Shown here: positions 55,840 to 64,000 of the stretch, in pieces | Numbering within the stretch: the stretch's first letter is position 1 | Layout of the letters: every line of letters begins with the position of its first letter | Source: Rhodospirillales bacterium | GTDB taxonomy: Bacteria; Pseudomonadota; Alphaproteobacteria; Bin95 | Direction of reading: 5' to 3' | DNA: 64,000 bases | Assembly: GCA_038143065.1 (NCBI GenBank) | Contig: JAYQLI010000035.1 | Coordinates: forward strand, 2,592,894 to 2,656,893 | Made by a program: the position numbers and the translations under genes | Notes under the pieces: model-generated | What the model was told of the DNA's origin: nothing | The model's input: only the letters and a program-made list of their open reading frames with translations | Databases searched by the model: none

Positions 55840-56997
55840 ATGGTTTTCTGGATAAGTTCCACTGTTATTTCCATTTTCATCGCGATCATGTTGGGGATGA
55901 AACTGATCCGATCCAATCCCAAGCCCAAATGGCCTCTGGCAGTAGCATTCAGTTTTGCCACCCTTGCATCGATTGGTTCTGTCGTTCTGACCACAGTAAC
56001 AAGCGTAAACGTGCCTCAAAATATAAAGGCAAACACTAATGAAAAAGTTAGTCCTGACGATGGTTTTGACAGTCTTGTGGCAAATTTACAGAAGGACCTG
56101 GAGAAGAACCCAGGTCGCATCGAAGGTTGGTCTTTGCTGGGGCGATCTTTTGTTGCTCTCGGGCGTTTGGATGATGCGATAAGTGCTTTTCGGCAAGCTG
56201 TAGAACGCTCGGACCCGCCAGCTGCAGAACAGATTGGTGAACTTGCAGAAACTATCGTGGCGGCAGCAGGGGGGCGCGTAGAGCAGGAGGCTGAGCAACT
56301 TTTTGCTCAGGTATTAACTATTAGTCCTGGCGATCCTCGCGCGCGCTATTATTTGGCGGAAGCGTATGTCACACGTGGCAATCTAGTAGAGGCACGTACT
56401 GCATTCACAGCGATGCTGCGTTCTGCCCCTAAAGATGCTCCTTGGCGCACAACAGTTTTGGATCGTCTTAAAGAAATTTCCCAAAAATCTCAGGATGTGC
56501 CTGAAAAAGAACGGATCCCCGGTCCGTCAAGTGAACAGATTGCTGCCGCTGCCGATATGCCGCCTGAAGAAAGAGCTGAAATGATCCGCGGTATGGTTGA
56601 TGGATTGGCAGAAAAGATGAAAAATAATCCTGACGACTTTAGCGGTTGGCTCCGACTGGCCAATTCTTACATGGTCCTAAATGAGGAAGCCAAGGCAGCT
56701 GCTGCTCTGAAAAATGCTTTAGCTCTTCAGCCTGGTAACCCGGGCCTCTTGGTTCAATACGCTGAGGTTTTAATTTCAATAAATGGTGGGAGAATATCTG
56801 AAGAGGCAGAGAATGCTCTGAAAAGAGCTATTAGAAGAGAGCCTGGTAATCCCCAAGCGAGCTGGCGTCTCGGACAGGCTGCAGCTCAAAGCGGTAATAA
56901 AGAAGAAGCGCGTCGTTTTTGGTCAGAACTCCTCCCCAAGCTCTTATCTGCTGATCCTTTGAAAGCCGAAGTTAAGCGCGCGTTGGACGCGCTTTAG
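55840..56997 (+). CDS. CcmI/CycH-like TPR protein (cytochrome c maturation family)
   Basis: Two N-terminal TM segments, NP...EGW.LLGRS, A.DAPWR, GPS.EQIAAA..M.PEER..MIRGMV.GL. Confidence 0.8.
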   Translation: MVFWISSTVISIFIAIMLGMKLIRSNPKPKWPLAVAFSFATLASIGSVVLTTVTSVNVPQNIKANTNEKVSPDDGFDSLVANLQKDLEKNPGRIEGWSLLGRSFVALGRLDDAISAFRQAVERSDPPAAEQIGELAETIVAAAGGRVEQEAEQLFAQVLTISPGDPRARYYLAEAYVTRGNLVEARTAFTAMLRSAPKDAPWRTTVLDRLKEISQKSQDVPEKERIPGPSSEQIAAAADMPPEERAEMIRGMVDGLAEKMKNNPDDFSGWLRLANSYMVLNEEAKAAAALKNALALQPGNPGLLVQYAEVLISINGGRISEEAENALKRAIRREPGNPQASWRLGQAAAQSGNKEEARRFWSELLPKLLSADPLKAEVKRALDAL

Positions 56998-57141
56998 GAG
57001 TAAAAACCTAAGTTTACGCGACATTATTCATTTGAAAGGTTATGCTCTTATCAAGTGAGATTCTTAGGCTTGGAGAAGGCTGACTCCAGAGATGCCCGAA
57101 AAGCCAGTACATGAGTTATTTGAAAAGTTAGGGGGATAAGC

Positions 57142-58809
57142 ATGTCTCAAATAAAAGCATCAGACCTTTTTGTGAAATGCCTGGAGGAAGAGGGGGTTAC
57201 CCACATCTTTGGTGTTCCGGGCGAAGAGAATGCTGATTTCATGATTTCTCTTAAGAAGAGCAAAAAAATTGAATTTGTTCTCTGTAGACATGAACAGGCA
57301 GCGGCATTTATGGCTGACCTGTATGGAAGATTAACCGGTAAAGCAGGTGTTTGCTTAGGCACCCTGGGGCCGGGTGCCACAAATCTGGTTACAGGTGTTG
57401 CAGACGCCAACATGGACCGTGCGCCTTTGGTTGCAATTATTGGTCAGGCTGGAACTTATCGTTTGCATAAGGAAAGCCACCAGAACATGGATGCGATTGC
57501 CATGTTTCGGCCAATTACGAAGTGGGCGCAAACTATTTATAATGCGGGCACTGTTGCTGAGGTGGTGCGTAAAGCATTTAAGGTGGCAGAAGCTGAAAAG
57601 CCGGGGGCTACAGTTATTGAACTACCTGAAGACGTAGCCAAACACATGGTAGACGTGCAGCCTCTGGCGCCAAAGAAAACCCGTCGCGCAGCAGCTGATC
57701 ATAAGGCAGTTTCACAGGCAGTAGATATAATTGCTGCCGCCAAAAACCCTGTGATCCTCGCTGGCAATGGTTGCGTCCGAAAGCGTGCCTCAGAGCAACT
57801 TCGGCGCTTGGCCCATAAAACTGGTATTCCCGTCGTAAATACCTTCATGGGTAAAGGTGCCGTCTCTATGGATGATGAGCACTGCTTGTTTACTCTAGGC
57901 CTTCAAGGCCGTGATCATGTGAATCTTCTTCTTGATGAAGCTGACGTTATAGTTGCAGCGGGATATGACCTGGTAGAATACGCGCCAGCTTTCTGGATGA
58001 AGGGCAAGAAGAAAAAGGTAATCGTTATCGACTTTGAGCATGCTGAAGTAGATTCTGCACTGCCCGTTGATGTAGATATGGTAGCAGATGTTGCGGACAG
58101 TCTCTGGCAGATGAATGAGCTTATTAACGAGCGCTATGAAGGTAGTTTGCCGCTGTTTGATATTAAGAAGCATGCACAGCTTCGAAAGACGATCTGGGAA
58201 GATTTAAATGCAGAGGCTAATGACAATTCGTTCCCTGTAAAGCCGCAGCGTGTCATTAACGAAATGCGCCGCATTATGGGGCCGTCAGATGTCATGCTGT
58301 CTGATGTGGGTGCTCATAAAATGTGGGTCTCTCGCTATTACCAGTGTTACGAGCCAAATACCTGCCAAATTTCAAATGGCTTTTGTACGATGGGATTTGC
58401 TTTGCCTGGTGCTATCGGAGCTAAGATTGCAATGCCCAATAGTAAGGTAGGCTGCATTGCAGGTGATGCTGGATTTATGATGAATGTTCAGGACATAGAA
58501 ACAGCTGTTCGTAATAAAATACCATTCGTATGCGTTGTTTTCTGCGATGAGGAATACGGCCTCATAAAATGGAAGCAGCAAAACCAATTTGACGAACACT
58601 CAGACCTTAAATTTACCAATCCTGACTTTGAAAAACTGGCGGAGGCATTTGGTTGCTACGGCAAGGTTGTTAGGAAGACCGAAGATCTTCCATCTATTTT
58701 GGAAGAGGCTTTCGCTCAAGAAGGTCCCGCGATAGTCGCTGTCCCAATCGATTATTCTGAAAATCTAAAATTCACCAAAAGATTGGGAGCAATTGAAGCT
58801 ACAATTTAA
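57142..58809 (+). CDS. Acetolactate synthase-like ThDP-dependent enzyme, large subunit
   Basis: IFGVPGEEN, RHEQAAAFMA, TLGPGATN, MGFALPGAIG, GDAGF.MN. Confidence 0.9.
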   Translation: MSQIKASDLFVKCLEEEGVTHIFGVPGEENADFMISLKKSKKIEFVLCRHEQAAAFMADLYGRLTGKAGVCLGTLGPGATNLVTGVADANMDRAPLVAIIGQAGTYRLHKESHQNMDAIAMFRPITKWAQTIYNAGTVAEVVRKAFKVAEAEKPGATVIELPEDVAKHMVDVQPLAPKKTRRAAADHKAVSQAVDIIAAAKNPVILAGNGCVRKRASEQLRRLAHKTGIPVVNTFMGKGAVSMDDEHCLFTLGLQGRDHVNLLLDEADVIVAAGYDLVEYAPAFWMKGKKKKVIVIDFEHAEVDSALPVDVDMVADVADSLWQMNELINERYEGSLPLFDIKKHAQLRKTIWEDLNAEANDNSFPVKPQRVINEMRRIMGPSDVMLSDVGAHKMWVSRYYQCYEPNTCQISNGFCTMGFALPGAIGAKIAMPNSKVGCIAGDAGFMMNVQDIETAVRNKIPFVCVVFCDEEYGLIKWKQQNQFDEHSDLKFTNPDFEKLAEAFGCYGKVVRKTEDLPSILEEAFAQEGPAIVAVPIDYSENLKFTKRLGAIEATI

Positions 58810-58873
58810 ATCGAGTTCATATACCTAATTACTAATGGAAGCCGATCGGCTTCCCATTTCTTTTTGATGATGT

Positions 58874-59520
58874 TTAGCTATTGGTGCAGGCAACTCCTGT
58901 TCCGCCTAATCCGCAGTATCCAGCCGGATTTTTTGCAAGATATTGCTGGTGATAATCCTCTGCATAGAAAAAATTTTGATGGTCTAGAATTTCTGTTGTG
59001 ATGTTGCCGTAACCTGCTGCTGTAAGAGCCTGCTGGTAGCTTTTTTACTTGCTTCCGCAGCAGTCTTCTGTTCCTCGGAAGTCACATAAATTCCTGAACG
59101 GTACTGAGTTCCAACATCATTTCCTTGTCGCATGCCCTGGGTAGGGTTATGACCTTCCCAAAAACGCTTCAATAGTGCCTCAAAAGATACTTTATATTGG
59201 TCAAAGCAGACTAGTACAACCTCATTATGCCCAGTCATTCCCGAGCACACTTCTTCGTAGGTAGGGTTTGGTGTAATCCCCGCCGCATAACCCACGGCTG
59301 TTGAATATACACCTTGTGTTTGCCAGAAAATTCGTTCTGCTCCCCAGAAGCAACCTAATCCCAGGAGCACAGTTTGGACAGAATCTGGGAAAGGCGGCTT
59401 TAGCCTAGCTCCGGAGACAAAATGTGTGTCTGGGGTGGGTAGAGGTGTTTCGCGACCAGGTAATGCTTGATTTGGGTCAGGTAGCTCTAACTTTTTCTGA
59501 GCGTGCAGGAAATTGAACAT
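58874..59520 (-). CDS. msrA: Peptide methionine sulfoxide reductase A (apparent frameshift near 59045)
   Basis: [26 protein letters not shown]; shifted frame [19 protein letters not shown]. Confidence 0.95.
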
Positions 59521-59588
59521 ATCAAATGCCTCGCTTAAATATCTTACATTTGTAATAGGTTTAGTTTGAAGTTATATCCAGTCAGATA

Positions 59589-60788
59589 CTAAATTTCGAC
59601 TTCAAGTCTCGTAACTTCTCTGAAACGTACTCTATCACTAAGCTCTGCTGGTCGGCTTAGTTTGATTTTCGGAAAACGTTGAAAAAGCTTTTCAAAGGCT
59701 ATTCTTGCTTCAATCCGTGCTAGTGTATTTCCAGCACAGATATGAATACCAAGTCCAAAAGATAAATGTCGATTTGGTCTTCTTGCAATATCGAAGAGAT
59801 TTGGTTCGGGGAATTGAGAGGGATCGCGGTTGGCCGCTCCTAACATAAGATGAACAGTTGTACCTGAAGGGATTTTGAATTCCCCTATCTTTGTATCAGA
59901 AAGAGCCAATCGGTTGTTGATTTGAATTGGTGCTTGATATCTGAGGACTTCTTCTGTTGCGGTCTCTGAGAGTTCTGGGTTTTTTACTAGACCACTAATC
60001 TCTCCTGGATTGTGGAGGAACTCATGAATACCATGCGATAGCATATTGGTAGATGTTTCATGGCCTGCATTAAGCATGAAAATGCATTGGTGAAGAAGTT
60101 CGGTTTCTGTCAATCGGCTTCCCTCTTCCTCAGCAGTCATGAGGTCTGACAGGATTTCTCCTTCTCCGCGTGCACTTGGGTTTCGTCGACGAGTAGCTAT
60201 TTGGTCTCGCAAATAAGCTTTGAAATTTTCAACTGCTTTGTTTCCAGAAAGCATTTGCTCGTCTGATATTTGCGGCTCTAAAGCCCCAAGTATTTGTAAT
60301 GCCCAGTCTCGGATAAGCTCACGGTCTTCTTTTGGAGTGCCTAGCATGTCGCAGACAACTTCAACCGGGAGACGGAAGGAAAAATCCGATACCACCTCCA
60401 TTTTTTTGCTATCAGCGAGTTGGTCTAGATACCCGTCAATAAGTGAGCAAATCCGCGGCTCAAGTGCTGTCAAAGCTTTGGGGGTGAATGCATGTTGAAA
60501 AAGTCTTCGTATTCGGGTGTGGTCTGGCGGATCTCTAAAGACCAAACTAGTTGTGTGATGCTCATAAAGTAAAGATTGAGCGCCAAATTTTGGTTTAAAT
60601 ACCGCTTTTTTGTCAGAACTCCACACCTCAGGATTTCTATAAACGGCAACGATGTCCTCATAACGTGTTAGGATTAACGAACCATCACTATTCCAGTGAA
60701 TAGGGCTTTCTTGCCTTAATTGCTCGAAATATTCATAGGCGTTAGGCACGAAGTCATTTGGAAGGTTCATGATGTCAAAAGAGATCAT
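59589..60788 (-). CDS. Cytochrome P450
   Basis: DPPDHTRIR, AGHETS, EEVLRY (ExxR), FGLGIHICAG heme-thiolate motif. Confidence 0.96.
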   Translation of the reverse strand: MISFDIMNLPNDFVPNAYEYFEQLRQESPIHWNSDGSLILTRYEDIVAVYRNPEVWSSDKKAVFKPKFGAQSLLYEHHTTSLVFRDPPDHTRIRRLFQHAFTPKALTALEPRICSLIDGYLDQLADSKKMEVVSDFSFRLPVEVVCDMLGTPKEDRELIRDWALQILGALEPQISDEQMLSGNKAVENFKAYLRDQIATRRRNPSARGEGEILSDLMTAEEEGSRLTETELLHQCIFMLNAGHETSTNMLSHGIHEFLHNPGEISGLVKNPELSETATEEVLRYQAPIQINNRLALSDTKIGEFKIPSGTTVHLMLGAANRDPSQFPEPNLFDIARRPNRHLSFGLGIHICAGNTLARIEARIAFEKLFQRFPKIKLSRPAELSDRVRFREVTRLEVEI

Positions 60789-60954
60789 AAAATTTGGCCT
60801 TCTGGCTTAGCTGCAACGGCGGTCCAATGGCATGAGATGCCAATATAAAAATAATCCATATGCTCCGAAGAATAATCAGGAAAAATTAGTGTTAGTAAAT
60901 ATTTCTGACTCAAAACTCCTACTGAAAACCAGAGCCTGTTCGGAACGAGTAATC

Positions 60955-61791
60955 CTATTTAGCTATACCACGACTTCGCTCATAAAGAGCTATTGAAGCG
61001 GCGCTAGCAAGATTAAGACTCTCTACTTGTTGTGCCATCGGTATTCTAACAAGTGAGTCACACCGCTCGGTTGTCAGGCGTCGAAGGCCATTGCCCTCCG
61101 AGCCAATAATTAACGCGGTGGGCCGATCAAAAGGAGCGTCATACAATTCAGTTTTGGCTTCTCCAGAGAGGCCGCATGTCCAAAACCCATTGGACTTTAG
61201 CGTGTCTATGGCTCGGGCAAGGTTGGGGCATTTTAAGTAGGTTACATATTCGAAAGTTCCTGCGGCAGCTTTCACTAACAGTCCACTTTCGTCAGGTGCA
61301 GCTCGTTCAGTCGTGACCACTGCTGATGCTCCAAATGCTGCGGCTGCCCTGATAACAGCACCTACATTTCTCGGGTCGTTCGCTTGGTCAAGCACAACGA
61401 CTGTAGACGAATCGTCTAATGCTCTTAATTCGGCAACGTCGAGATTTTCTAGCGGGTGAACGGCAAGAGCCACTCCTTGGTGCACTGCATCTCTGCCAAG
61501 AAGGCGATCGAGTTCTGGTGGCGCGGATCTTACCACGTTGATACCGTCGCGTTCTGCCTGTTCAAGAACTTCTTGATTGGGTTCCGCGAAAATATCAGTG
61601 ACGCAGGCTCGCTCGATTCTCCGCGCAGGATTTTTTATAGCTGCTATCGAAGGGTGCTTGCCATATAGCCAGTATGTATCCCCGCCGGCACCACTCTTGG
61701 GTCGAGGCCGTCGACCCCGAGTTTGCGGCCTATGCTCTTGAGAGGATTGAGGGTGGTTGCTCGTATGACGCCTTTTATTGAACTGAGACAG
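60955..61791 (-). CDS. rlmB: 23S rRNA Gm2251 methyltransferase RlmB (TrmH family), apparent CTG start
   Basis: WLYGKH, HQG, LDQ.NDPRNVGA..R.A, IGSEG.GLR, VESLN; frame is open 85 codons upstream of the called GTG. Confidence 0.9.
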   Translation of the reverse strand: MSQFNKRRHTSNHPQSSQEHRPQTRGRRPRPKSGAGGDTYWLYGKHPSIAAIKNPARRIERACVTDIFAEPNQEVLEQAERDGINVVRSAPPELDRLLGRDAVHQGVALAVHPLENLDVAELRALDDSSTVVVLDQANDPRNVGAVIRAAAAFGASAVVTTERAAPDESGLLVKAAAGTFEYVTYLKCPNLARAIDTLKSNGFWTCGLSGEAKTELYDAPFDRPTALIIGSEGNGLRRLTTERCDSLVRIPMAQQVESLNLASAASIALYERSRGIAK

Positions 61792-61869
61792 AGTAATTCT
61801 CCAATGCTTGCTTGTTTAGCCTGCGCCGGTGCGTCGCGCCAAGGGAGGGTATGCTCCAGACATTGCTTA

Positions 61870-61899
61870 TTGACAAGACACCACTGAGCCAACTATTTC
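61870..61899 (+). promoter_or_regulatory. Candidate sigma70 promoter of the tRNA-tuf transcript
   Basis: TTGACA 61870-61875, AT-rich -10-like CTATTT 17 nt downstream, ~35 nt before tRNA-Tyr. Confidence 0.55.
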
Positions 61900-61933
61900 T
61901 CCGCTCTTACTGGTCGGAATGTTTTCGGCCTGA

Positions 61934-62018
61934 GGAGGGGTGCCCGAGTGGTTAAAGGGGACGGGCTGTAAACCCGTTGGCTTTGCCTACGTTGGTTCGA
62001 ATCCAACTCCCTCCACCA
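61934..62018 (+). tRNA. tRNA-Tyr(GTA)
   Basis: GGAGGGG acceptor stem, anticodon loop CTGTAAA, long variable arm, GTTCGAATC, 3' ACCA. Confidence 0.97.
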
Positions 62019-62076
62019 CTTAATGTTTGTCAGCTCTTGCTAAGTTTTAGTGAGAGCCAAAGAAGGAAAAAATTAA

Positions 62077-62150
<74 letters not shown>

Positions 62151-62243
62151 CTAGCGACTGTGTCTTTTCGACCTGTAATTGTTTTTAACCTGTCGTTCAA
62201 CACCCCTAAGAGACGGTGTTGGCGCTAACGAGTTGAGGCCGCT

Positions 62244-63435
62244 ATGGCGAAAGAGAAGTTTGAGCGTAATAAGCCGCACTGCAACATCGGGACCATTGGC
62301 CATGTTGATCATGGCAAGACGTCTTTGACTGCAGCGATCACCAAGGTGCTTGCCGAGTCTGGTGGAGCCAATTTCCAGGCTTATGATCAGATTGATAAGG
62401 CTCCTGAAGAGAAGGCACGTGGTATCACGATTTCAACGGCGCACGTGGAGTATGAGACGGAAGGTCGTCACTACGCACACGTTGATTGTCCTGGCCACGC
62501 TGACTACGTGAAGAACATGATCACCGGTGCGGCGCAGATGGACGGCGCTATCTTGGTGGTTTCAGCTGCTGACGGCCCTATGCCCCAGACCCGCGAGCAC
62601 ATTCTGCTTGCACGTCAGGTTGGTGTGCCTGCTCTAGTGGTATTCATGAACAAGGTTGATCAGGTTGACGACGAAGAGCTTCTAGAGCTTGTAGAGCTTG
62701 AGGTTCGCGAGCTTCTGTCCTCCTATGACTTCCCAGGCGATGATATTCCTATCATCAAGGGTTCTGCGCTAGCCGCGCTTGAAGATTCAAACAAAGAGAT
62801 CGGCCACGACGCTGTTCTTGAACTGATGGCAGCGGTTGATGAGTATATTCCTCAGCCAGAGCGTCCAGTTGATCGTCCATTCCTAATGCCTATTGAGGAC
62901 GTATTCTCAATCTCTGGTCGTGGTACAGTTGTTACCGGCCGTGTTGAGCAGGGCATTGTTAAGGTTGGTGAGGAAATCGAGATCGTTGGTATCCGTGATA
63001 CTGCGAAGACTACGGTTACCGGCGTTGAGATGTTCCGTAAGCTTCTGGATCAAGGCCAGGCTGGTGACAATGTTGGTTGCTTGCTTCGTGGTGTTGGTCG
63101 TGAGGACGTGGAGCGTGGTCAGGTTCTGTCGAAACCAGGATCAATTACACCGCACACCCAATTCCAGTGTGAGTGCTATGTGCTGACAAAAGGAAGAGGG
63201 AGGGCGCCACACGCCATTCTTCTCGAACTATCGCCCTCAGTTCTACTTCCGGACCACGGACGTTACGGGGACGGTTGAACTTCCTGAAGGCACTGAAATG
63301 GTGATGCCAGGTGACAACATTGCGATGAAGGTGAACCTGATCGCTCCAATTGCAATGGACGAAGGTCTGCGCTTTGCGATCCGTGAAGGCGGTCGCACTG
63401 TTGGCGCCGGCGTCGTCGCTAAAATCGTCGCTTAA
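62244..63435 (+). CDS. tuf: Elongation factor Tu (one extra A at 63188-63191)
   Basis: [20 protein letters not shown]; shifted frame EEGGRHTPF...[11 protein letters not shown]; span 1192 nt = 1191+1. Confidence 0.98.
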
Positions 63436-63475
63436 GCGAGGGTTTGGAGGTCGCAGTAAGGCGAACCAATCAAGT

Positions 63476-63551
63476 AGGAGCGTAGCTCAATTGGTAGAGC
63501 ACCGGTCTCCAAAACCGGGGGTTGCGGGTTCGATCCCTGCCGCTCCTGCCA
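63476..63551 (+). tRNA. tRNA-Trp(CCA)
   Basis: AGGAGCG/CGCTCCT acceptor, loop CTCCAAA, GTTCGATCC, 3' GCCA; directly before secE. Confidence 0.97.
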
Positions 63552-63642
63552 CTTGATTGGTAGCATGGCAGAGGCAATAGGCTCGCTTTAGTTTTTTGTG
63601 TGAAGAATGTCGATGTAAATCGGCGTAACGTTTGGGATTGTG

Positions 63643-63873
63643 ATGGCGAAAGCAACAACAGGGGCTAAATCAGGAGCCGGCAAGTCGGGTCCCGCTGCTT
63701 TTGTGCGGCAGGTTCGCCAGGAGGTCTCCAAGGTTACCTGGCCTAGTCGTAAAGGAAACCACCGTCGCCAGTATCATGGTCTTTGCCATGGTGTTTCTTG
63801 CAGCGATTTTTTCTTTTTCGTTGATCAAGGTTTGGCTATTGCTGTTCGCTTTATTCTCGGGCTCGGAGGCTAA
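63643..63873 (+). CDS. secE: Preprotein translocase SecE (apparent frameshifts)
   Basis: F..QVRQEV.KVTWPSR then ETTVASIMV in shifted frame, FF.VDQ; between tRNA-Trp and nusG. Confidence 0.92.
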   Translation: MAKATTGAKSGAGKSGPAAFVRQVRQEVSKVTWPSRKGNHRRQYHGLCHGVSCSDFFFFVDQGLAIAVRFILGLGG

Positions 63874-63878
63874 GAGAG

Positions 63879-64000
63879 ATGGAACCACGCTGGTACGTTG
63901 TCCATGCATACTCGGGTTTTGAGAGTAAGGTTGCTCAATCAATCCGTGAGCAAGCTGATCGTGAGGGGTTAGGCGCTGATATTTTAGAGGTCTTGGTCCC
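63879..64000 (+). CDS. nusG: NusG, N-terminal fragment (window edge)
   Basis: MEPRWYVVHAYSGFESKVAQSIREQA...ILEVLV. Confidence 0.95.
   Translation, partial: MEPRWYVVHAYSGFESKVAQSIREQADREGLGADILEVLV

Noticed and set aside
3811-57413. Many 60-190 aa antisense or alternate-frame ORFs in the track
   Set aside because: They shadow well-supported genes and show no recognisable motifs
62244-63873. Programmed frameshifting or pseudogenisation of tuf and secE
   Set aside because: Single-base indels in homopolymers match the window-wide error pattern

Overview
Chromosomal segment of an alphaproteobacterium, probably a marine Rhodospirillales-like lineage (roughly 48% GC by eye; ftsY-mtaB-dapF, meaB, pckA, and the rlmB <> tRNA-Tyr-tRNA-Gly-tuf-tRNA-Trp-secE-nusG block at the right end). 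It is gene-dense and mainly catabolic/transport: Rieske oxygenases, two hydantoinase/oxoprolinase-B genes plus one A gene, an FAD/Fe-S oxidoreductase, an LLM monooxygenase, a split Cox-like molybdenum hydroxylase, modBC, a TRAP system with Ldh_2- and ComD-like genes, an amidase, a TmoX-like ABC transporter and a P450. About two dozen genes, including tuf and secE, carry 1-nt frameshifts, mostly in homopolymers. These are best explained as long-read sequencing errors, so the genes are annotated as joined CDS. I saw no mobile elements, CRISPR, prophage or defence systems, and I cannot support a clear novel system. The strongest anomalies are a ~400-bp intergenic tract of only ~7% GC in front of tmoX, an apparent CTG start for rlmB, an in-frame TAG in a DUF3108-like gene, a structured/sORF-containing leader before meaB, and repeated separation of subunits from their usual operon partners. 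All family assignments come from motif recognition, not database searches.
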